A stretch of DNA of 63,467 nt, filler included, from Reclinomonas americana ATCC 50394 (lineage: Eukaryota): NCBI GenBank assembly GCA_048213135.1. It is 14 parts of 14 records of this genome, joined end to end, with 100 filler letters (N's around TTAATTAATTAA, not from the genome) between each part and the next. Parts side by side here need not be neighbours in the genome. Positions count along the whole stretch, not along the records: positions 53,616 to 58,179 come from AFZH01018824.1; positions 58,280 to 60,892 come from AFZH01018826.1; positions 60,993 to 63,467 come from AFZH01018828.1; 11 more parts are not named here. One strand, 5' to 3'. The notes under the pieces are model-generated. The model was given only the letters and a program-made list of their open reading frames with translations, was not told the DNA's origin and ran no database searches. Positions 54,769 to 63,467 of this stretch are shown here, in pieces. The translations under genes were made by a program, and so were the position numbers. Positions within the stretch are counted from its first letter, which is position 1. Each line of letters begins with the position of its first letter.

Positions 54769-57700
54769 TGATGGTGCTGGCGAAGGTGCAAATGGCAAGC
54801 CGGCGAGGAAAGGTGGTCAACGGAGGAGAAAGCGCGACCGCAACGGGTTTGTCATTATCTTTCGTTGTCAAGTCTCCTCTCCGTCGCCTGTGCATCTCAT
54901 CCTCGCGAATCGCAGTGACGAAATTCCCGGCACCGAGGGTCACGGCAGTAGTGGCGACGAGGATTCGGCGTCCATGGCGTCGTACACTGTTGCGCAGTGA
55001 TGTTGGGCGAGCCATTGCATGTCTATATCGCCGTCTCACACATCTATACCTTCTGGGGTGCAGGAGGGAGGCGATGACTGGGCGGCAACGACTCCGGTTG
55101 AGGGCGATGGCAGTGCGCAGCCACGTCGTCCGGGCGCGAAGCCACCAGTGTCTGGTTCGGCTGCTCCATCTCCCCGTCACGCTGGGCAGTCGTGGAGCGA
55201 CGCTCCAGAGGTTTGTCGTGGTGTCGCCCGGTAGTGAGCGAGCTATTGGCGCGACCTCACATGCATCGCAGCCAATGGCACTGGACGGCGCTGGAGTCGG
55301 TGGCGGGTCGCCACAAAAGGGAACCAAAAAATCTGGATCGAAGAAGACGGGCAGCGCTGCTGCGAACTCGGCCAAGACCGGTCGCGGAAAGGGAGCCACA
55401 TCGAGTGGTTCCAGCGCCACGCCACTGCCTGAGGCACCGCCCGAGAGTGGCTGCATGGGGCAGGGTTTCGGTGTGAAGAACGGCGAGTTGTGGACAGAGA
55501 TGCAGGACTTTTTCGTGCCGTCTCACGTGCTCGACCCGAACGAGCTGACGTACAAGGTTTGATTGAGTGGTGTTTGAGTGGTGGTATCGAGTAACTAAAA
55601 CACAAATCCACGCACAGCCCGTACAAGACGAATCACTCTTCCAGATACCACCACTGGGGCGGCCGTATGCGGAAAAATGGCACGATGATGATGCACGCGG
55701 GCTCGATGCCAGCATGTTTGACGACGACGACCCGAGTTACATGCCGCGTGGCTCGTCCACTCGTGGTGGCGTCGGACGCATGTCGGACTACAACACTCCA
55801 GGTTGCGTCTCCATCGGATTGTAGAGAGGAAGTACCTGCCAGTGCTGACATGCAGACACTGTACGCAGCGGCACGAAAGCGACGGACAGCAGCGGCATCG
55901 GCGTATGGCGCCTACACGCCGTCAACTCCTGTTCCTTTGTCGACTCATCGTTGCGTTTGTGTGCGCGCATACATGGCTGCGAGGATATGTGTGAGAGTGT
56001 ACTCACTGGTTTCCTTCCCCCACAAGCAGCAAGTACTCCATTCGAGGCTGAGCCGATTGAAGTCGAGTCGGAGGCATTTACCGCCGGTGGCGACGGTTCG
56101 CTCAAGTTCCTGAACGAGACGCAGTTGGACCCCGACGAAGTGGGCTTTGCATTGTCGGGACCCGCGTTGGCGAAGCGGTGCGCGCGCGCTCTCCCCCTCT
56201 CTCTCTGCTCTATTCTCGCTGCCGTTGTGCTAATGCTTTCTTCATGTGGTGCAGGTTACTTGGCGCACTGGTGAACACGCCGATGAACGACAAGCTGCAT
56301 GCTCAGTTCCGCGCGGTGCCCTTTGAGGTGCCCAAGGGAAGTGAGAGGGCGGGTGGTGAAGCCGGCGCTGGCGCTTCGTCTGCATCGTCTGCGTCGGGTG
56401 CGGGTGGTGCGTCCGGGGACGGCAGCAGTGATGGCGCTGGTGGCGATGTGGAGATGAAGGAGGGCGAGAGCCAGCAGTCGGCGGCGGCGGCGGCAGCAGC
56501 AGGCGCTGCGGCTGGAGGTCCGCAGGTGGATCCTGTGTTGTTGTCATTCGAGGCCGACGGCTACGTCTTTGTACAAGAGGCGGCGCCGGCGATTCTCGTC
56601 AAATCCGGTGCAGCTGGTGATGCGGCCGGCAAGACAGACGGCAGCGGCAACGTCTCTGGGTCCACTGGCACACAACCGCTCGGCGTGTCATCCTTCTTCC
56701 CGGCGTCGTCGGCGTCGTCGGCGGTGTCTGGTCTCGTGGCCGCCACCGCTGCTGACGAGGGGGGTGCGGCGGCGGCGGGGGCTGGAGGCAGTGGGTCTGC
56801 ACTGACAATGTCGGCGGCCACTGGCTCCACCTCTACCACCACCACCACTACTACCACCACCACAACCACAACGGCATCCGCTGCCGCGGCAAACAGTGCG
56901 TCGGCGGCGGCGGCGGCCGCAGCTGCAGCAGGCGGAAGTGGCAGCGGACTGGCGCCTCCTCATGCCACCTCCTACAATTACCACCCGGCGGTGCTGAGTT
57001 CACTCGAACACCGCGTCACGCACCACCTCATGACGGGTGGTGTGTTGGAGGAGAACATGACGAGTGATGAGGTGAGCAGAGGGGGAAGGGCGAATTGGGA
57101 AGGGGGGAAAGAAGGAGAAGGGTGGGAAGGGAGGAAGAGGGTGAAGTGAGAGCGAAGGAGGAAAGGGTGGGGGGCGAAGGGTGAAGGGAGGAAGAGGGTG
57201 AAGAGAGAGCGAAGGTGGAGAGGATGGGAGACAGCCGGTAAAGAGGTGTGTTTGCGTGCGCAAGTGATTGTGCAAGTGGAGTGTGTACATGTGTGTGTAT
57301 GTGTGTGTGCGTGTGTGCATTTGTGTGTGTCGAGGAAGTGTGTTGCGTGTGCGTGTTTCTGTGTAAGATGAGTGTGTGCGTGTTCTGTGTGCAAGTGCGT
57401 GGAGTGTCCGTGAAGCAATCTGTGTCATTGGTGTGTGTTTTCGCGTGTGCGGAGGAGGATGCATTCCACGTCCTGCACTACCACTTTCTCACTCATGCAT
57501 TGCACGCAGCTGCGAAATGTGTTTGCCGTGCGCGAGGACGACGAAATATGCTCCGAACTGCGCAAGTTGCAAGCACAGCTTCGTCGGCAGCAGCAGGCGA
57601 ATCAGACACGTGCCGATCGCTTCCGACAACGGTTAGTGGAGGTGTTGCCACAGGAGCAGCGTCGTGAGCAACTGCTGCAACGCTTCGCCGAGTGCGAGAG

Positions 57701-58179
57701 CAAGTACAAGAGGAGACAACTGGTTTGTCGGTGGTGGTGATGGAGAGCGGTGGCGAGCTGTGTGTGCGTGCGCGTGTCTCACATTCATGTGTTGCACAGA
57801 AAAAGAAAAAGAAGAAGAACAAGGAGTTGGGCCGCAGCATGCGCTTCCAGGAGAGTTTGTGGAATCAGTTGGTTAACACCAACACACCCGACCCGGTGCG
57901 CATTCGTGGTGCAAGCGCGGCGTCGGCAGCGGCCGCTGGTGGTGACGAAATGTTTGCGGAGCCAATGGCACCCGCTGCGGTGGCAGCCACCACTCCCGGT
58001 GGCGGGCCAGCAGCAGCAGCGGCGGCGGCGGCCAGTGGTGGCGGCAAGCCGAGCGGCAAGGCACTCCCTTCGCATCTCCTATTGCCGCCGTCGCCGGCGT
58101 CGGGTGCCATGGGTAGTGCGTTTGGTTCTTCATCCGGCTCGCTACCCATGACTCCGTCGGCGGCCTCGGGTGACATTGG
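54769..58179 (+). CDS. SAGA/ATAC subunit ADA3 (Ngg1/TADA3)-like; 5' end uncertain, 3'-partial
   Basis: LWTEMQDFF, FQIPPLGRPYAEKW and REDDEICSELRKLQAQL match Ada3 conserved blocks as I recall them. Confidence 0.75.
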
Positions 58180-58313
58180 NNNNNNNNNNNNNNNNNNNNN
58201 NNNNNNNNNNNNNNNNNNNNNNNTTAATTAATTAANNNNNNNNNNNNNNNNNNNNNNNNNNNNNNNNNNNNNNNNNNNNCGCGCTGCGTGAAGTACAGCA
58301 GAAAGAGAGCGCG

Positions 58314-58349
<36 letters not shown>

Positions 58350-58852
58350 TTCAGATTCTCCGTCTTTGTAGCGCGCCTCATATTCTGAACATCAGCACAG
58401 ACAAACAACGCTATTCGATCACTGAAGCACGATCCGTCTCTCTTTCACAGTCTCCCCGCCTTCGTAGCGCGTCTTATTTTCGTCTACTCCACTCGCTATC
58501 CGGTCACTTACGCACGATGTGCCTTCCCATTCTCCCTTCCTCTCGTCATACTCTTCACAACAGAACGGACACGCATGTGCTGCCGTTCTTTCGCGCACTC
58601 CCTCTCTCCCTCACTCAATCTCTCCCTCTCTCCCTCTCCCTCTTGTTCTTCACATCTGCACATTCTGCTTTCTTTCTTTCCTTCCATCCCTGTGTCTTCT
58701 TCGCGCTCTCTCCTTCTCTCCCTCTCCCTCTTTCCCTTCCTCTCCCTTTTCCCGCCCCGCCCTGCCTCCCCCTCCCTCTCTGCCTTCCTCTCTCTCTCTC
58801 CCTCTTTCCCTTCCTCTCACTTTCCCCACCCCGCCCTTCTCGATGCACTCAC

Positions 58853-60677
58853 ATCGCAGAACTTGAACTCGCGCGAATCCGCAAAGTTGACGTCCTTCTG
58901 ATCGTACTCCGTCAATGCGATGCGGCAATTTTGCAGGTCCTCGCCGCCAGTGGCAGCGTGCGCAAAGTGCGTGACCATTGCCCTGAAGTAGTAGTCGCGC
59001 ACAGAGAAACGGCCGGGGCCGTCCAGGTTGGCGGCGGCGATCTACGAGGAGATAAGAGTGAGCGGCGGGCGGGCGGGGGGAGAGATGTTGACGGACTTCA
59101 CACTCTCGCGCACCGCCTCGAACAAGTCAATGCCTTGTCGGTACCGTCCCACTTGCGCGCAAATGGTGGCCGACTTGAGCATGGACTTTTGCGCCATGGC
59201 CGGCTGCTCCGCATTCATGTAGTACCGCGTGGAGGTCTCGTACGCCTCAATGGCCTGATCCCACGCCGACTCGGCCTCGTAGATCTCTCCAATGTCGTAG
59301 AAGTGCTTGGCGGCGGTCGAGAAGCGTCCCAGCTCGATGAAGAGGCCCGATGCTTGTGCCATGGCTTGTGCGCCGCCTGTGGTGGGGGGAAAGGGGGAGG
59401 AAGAGATTGATAAGGGAAGGGGGTAAGGGGAAAGGGGAGGAAGGGATTGATAAGGAAGGAGAGCAAGGGAGGGAGAGAAAGAGAGATAGAGAGATGGAGA
59501 GAGAGAGGGCAAGTGGAAGGGAAAGGAGGGAGGAAAAGGAATATTGTGAAGTGAGAAAAACCTCAATGCTTCAACGGAGACAACAAGAAGAACAGACAAC
59601 GAGGGACGCGAGCACCACACAGAGAGACGAACATGCCTCAAGTGTGTGTGTGTGTGTGTGTGTGTCTGTGTGTGTGAGAGAGAGAGACTGAGAGAGTGAC
59701 AGACGGAAGACACTGTTGTCTCACCCACAGAATTGGGAAAGAGGAATGAATGAGAATGCAGACCATGATGAATATTAGAATTAGAGTTGCAAGCAACCAG
59801 CGAGTGACAAGGAGAGCAAGACACGGAGACGTATAACGGAGTGCTATGTGTGCGTGTGAGAGAGACGCAACGCTCAGGGTCTAGCCGTCGCAGGCAGTGA
59901 GCAGCCTCGACCTATTGAGGCATCTCGTGAGTCACTGAAACGGGTGAGCGAATCAACATCAATGAGAGACGAAACCATGTTCAGTGCGGCATCGTGGGTG
60001 GAGTTGAGCTTCTTGAAGCACTCGACGGCCTTGAGGTAGGAGGCGGCGGCCTCCTCGTCTGCGGGGAGGGGGAAAAGGATGAGGGTGTGCGTGATAAGGG
60101 GGAAAGGAGAAGGGAGAGGAGGGGGAAAGGGAAGAGGCATATGCTTGTTGGCCTCACTCTTCCGTTTGAGCATATCTCTCTCGCTCGATTATGTGGCGTG
60201 TGCATGTGTGTGTGTGTGCATGCAAGCATGCGTTGTCTCCACATTGTCTCTTGTGAAAGAGCGCGCACGTGTGCACGAATGTGCGCTTCGACGCTCAGCC
60301 GTCATTCGATCGTCTACACGTTTCTCTCTCTTTCTTGCTCTGGGGAAGAGTGAATCATCGCGTGCCTTCACCTCCCACGGAGCATCTCTGCCTGTTCATC
60401 TCTCTGCCGTCCTTGCGTGGTCACATACATGAGAGGGTCTGGTGGCCCCACTCTTGAAATATCTCTCCTTCTCTCTTGCCTTTTTCTTCCCCGTGTCCCT
60501 GTCTCCCCTACGCAACAGTGACCAGCGGCCTTCAAATGGTTGCCACCCTTCACAAAGAACTCCACAGCATCCTGCATGACGCCGCGAACGAAGTGAGCAC
60601 GGGGGAGCAAACGTGCAAGGTCACCGCAAGTGTCAACGCACCTCGTACTTGTTGCCAAAGAGTCCCCAGCTTGACAA
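58853..60677 (-). CDS. NAPA: Alpha-SNAP (soluble NSF attachment protein), internal exons
   Basis: GLFGNKYE|DAVEFFVKGGN, HDAA, GRFSTAAKH..IGEIYE, DYYFRA, FADSREFK; first and last exons not located. Confidence 0.9.
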
Positions 60678-60823
60678 CTGCAGCAGCACAAAGAGGAGAG
60701 TGAGAGGGGGGACAAGGGAAGCAAGGGGAGAGACAAGGGAGAGAGTCGGTGTCACATGTTGCGGCTGCATTCCCATCCAATCATTCATGCACAAGAAGTG
60801 GGGCGCAATCAAGCAGGCAAGAG

Positions 60824-60892
<69 letters not shown>

Positions 60893-61008
60893 NNNNNNNN
60901 NNNNNNNNNNNNNNNNNNNNNNNNNNNNNNNNNNNNTTAATTAATTAANNNNNNNNNNNNNNNNNNNNNNNNNNNNNNNNNNNNNNNNNNNNTCCCCTCC
61001 CCTCCCTC

Positions 61009-61048
<40 letters not shown>

Positions 61049-61198
61049 TTGTCAATTCTTCGCATACCGTTAGAGAAACTGTCAGTGAGACACAAGTTGA
61101 GGTGAAAACGCTGTTGGAAGTATTTGGAAAGAAGAGAGGTGGAGATCAGGAGGAGGTTGCTGTTGCAGACAAACGTTGGTGGTTGCACTCATCGCGTC

Positions 61199-62219
61199 AT
61201 GTGTGGAATTGCAGCTGCTCCGAAGGGTCCTCAACCTCCGTGCGTACTCGCATGCGTGCTTTGAATGACTGTCTACTGCAATTGCTCATGCTGGTGCTCA
61301 TCATCACAGGCGCGACCGCGAGCCGTTGTGGCGCCTGGCTGCGCAGGGCAATACTAGTGCGCTGCGCCGTGCTGTTGCATCCGAGGGTGCGGTCGTGTTG
61401 TTGCGCAGTGACGAGATGGGCGAGTTTGGTCGATCACCGTTTTACATGGCCGCCGAGGGCGGTCACAGCGCAGCCCTCCACTTCATGTACAACGAGACCG
61501 GCTTTGTCGGTGACAAGTTGGCCCTGCTCGCGGACGACTTTGGGTGGACACCACTCATGGCGGCCACGCGCATCAATGCGGAAAACGTGGTCGACTGGCT
61601 GCTGTCGAGCGCAAAGCGGTGCCCGCCAGACGTGGCCGTCGCCCGCTGCTGGGGCTCGGGGTATCCGGAGCTGAGCGGCTTGGCAAAGGAGCATCTGACG
61701 GCGCTTGACATTGCGGCCGCGTGTGGAGCGGAGGCCAGTGCGCGACTGCTGGTGCTCTCGTACCCGGAACTGGCGACGACGAGGACGCTGCAGTTGAGGA
61801 CTGCTGGCGACATTGCGGTGATCAGGGGTCACGAAAACGTGCGCAGAATGATTTGCGAGTTTGCGGCGCTCAAGTCCATGTCGCAGCCGTCCGGACCGAG
61901 TGCAGCTCCCTGCGAGAAGCAAGAGGTGGTCGAGGAGGAGGAGGAGGAGCTGGAGGAGGAAGAGGAAGCGGAAGACAGTGATGCGAGTCGACAGCGTTTG
62001 GTGGCGCGTCTGCAACGAGCAGTGGCGAAACGACGTGCTGTTGCTGCCGAGCAGCAGCGGGTGATTGTGGAGTTGTGCAGGAGAGTGTTGCAGCTGGAGG
62101 CCAAGACGAGGGAGTTGTTGGAGCAGGAGGAGAAGGGCGAGGAGAAGGAGAAGGGGAAGGAGACAGAGAAGGGGGAGGAGAAAGAGAAGGAGAAGGGAGA
62201 GGACAAGGATGAGGAGTGA
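61199..62219 (+). CDS. Ankyrin-repeat protein with an acidic coiled-coil tail
   Basis: GRSPFYMAAEGGH, GWTPLMAA, LTALDIAAACG, TAGDIA; a short first exon from ATG 61199 splices in frame (intron 61240-61309). Confidence 0.8.
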
Positions 62220-62958
62220 AGATTGTGGCAGGAGGCTCTATTGATGTGAGAAGCTAGCACTCGTATTTGCTTCTCTCTCGTCGCTGAGTCTTCAACCTAG
62301 GAAAGAGTTTGGTCAGTCGGGGAAAGGGAGGGCTTGCAGGTCTTGGTTTGTCGACAACGTGGATCAGTGGTTGTTACAACGCAGCTTTGTCGCGTGGTAA
62401 GCGTCAGCAGCTGCAGGGGTGTTCTAACGGTACTCATCGCCGTCGTGCTCGTGGCGGGCGTGTCGTGTGGTAAGATCCGAAACGTCGGCAAGAGAAACCT
62501 CGAACAGAGCGTTTCTATTGGAGAGGTGGGAGTCGTAAGCCGTGCATCCGGATCCTTGTTGCTGGATCCACGGAGGGGTCGACCTGCAACGTCGCCAACA
62601 AAGCATTGAGCTGGGAGTCATAGTGGTGCAAGCTTTGGACGTGCTGTATCAACTCGCTGGCCACCATCATGTTTGCTTATCGGAAAATCGCCAGCAGAAA
62701 GCGTCGAAATCTGTGTCTGCGAATGCCAAAGGGATTTCGTGATTGAATCGGCATAGAGCAGGAAGTCGGCACCATGCATCCTGGTGACGTGTTGTGATAT
62801 TTCATTGATCGGAACGTCGCTAACAGATCTAGAAACGTCGATATCTCGCTCTTCCAGAGCGTTTTTTTTTTCGCAATTGAACAAGTGGAGAGCTGGAAGT
62901 CGGCTCCATGCATTCGTGCGGCATGTTGCGTCCGGGTGCATGGCGGAGATGTGTCCTC

Positions 62959-63255
62959 CATGTCCTCCGAAAAACCATTGTTTTTGCGAGTCGACTGCTG
63001 CAACATGACCGACCCCATTCCCACTCTGAGCACAGTCATTGGCTGGATCTACTTCTTTGCTGTTACGTCTCTTTTTTTGCATGTGAGAATGAGTGTGTGT
63101 GTGAGAAGAGAGAGAGAGTGTGTGTGTGTTCCAGCATGTCCACTCATACTCTCGCTCTCAGTGGAGCATCAGCTTCTACTTTCAAGTGTGGGTCAACTGG
63201 AGACGAAAGAGTGTCATTGGTCTTTCCTTTGACTTTTTGGCTTATAACATCACGG
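62959..63255 (+). CDS. CTNS: Cystinosin / PQ-loop transporter, 3'-partial; start could be 63005
   Basis: [41 protein letters not shown]; intron 63062-63161. Confidence 0.88.
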
Positions 63256-63308
63256 GTGTGTTTGTGAGAGAGAATGAGAGTGTGTCAGGACTCCACTTGT
63301 GCTCACTG

Positions 63309-63397
<89 letters not shown>

Positions 63398-63467
63398 TCG
63401 TACGTCGTCCGTCCGTCGTACGTACGTCGTTACTCTCGTACTCTCGTTCTCGTCTACTCGTGTCGTC

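Overview
Gene-dense, intron-rich eukaryotic nuclear DNA, probably from a flagellated protist (it carries a CSPP1/CCDC66-like gene); the reconstructed genes read in the standard genetic code. It is a draft scaffold with 13 artificial 100-nt spacers (N44-TTAATTAATTAA-N44), mostly at (AG)n/(GT)n microsatellites, and several genes splice across them. I reconstructed about 25 genes by hand, including enoyl-CoA hydratase, IMP3, ABCE1, acyl-protein thioesterase, CSPP1-like, UBIAD1, gamma-glutamyl hydrolase, an SDR, CIAO2, THYN1, ankyrin proteins, villin/gelsolin, ADA3-like, alpha-SNAP and cystinosin. The main signal is the splicing code. 5' splice sites fall into two classes: ordinary G|GTNNNN donors, and a very common one-base-shifted class (non-G|GTTGCG-type) seen when the exon does not end in G. 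There are also a 2-nt and a 6-nt microexon, several GC donors (one apparently shifted), and an intron-containing gene for a phage-spike/tail-fibre-like beta-repeat protein. All splice models come from reading-frame and remembered protein-family conservation, not from transcript data.
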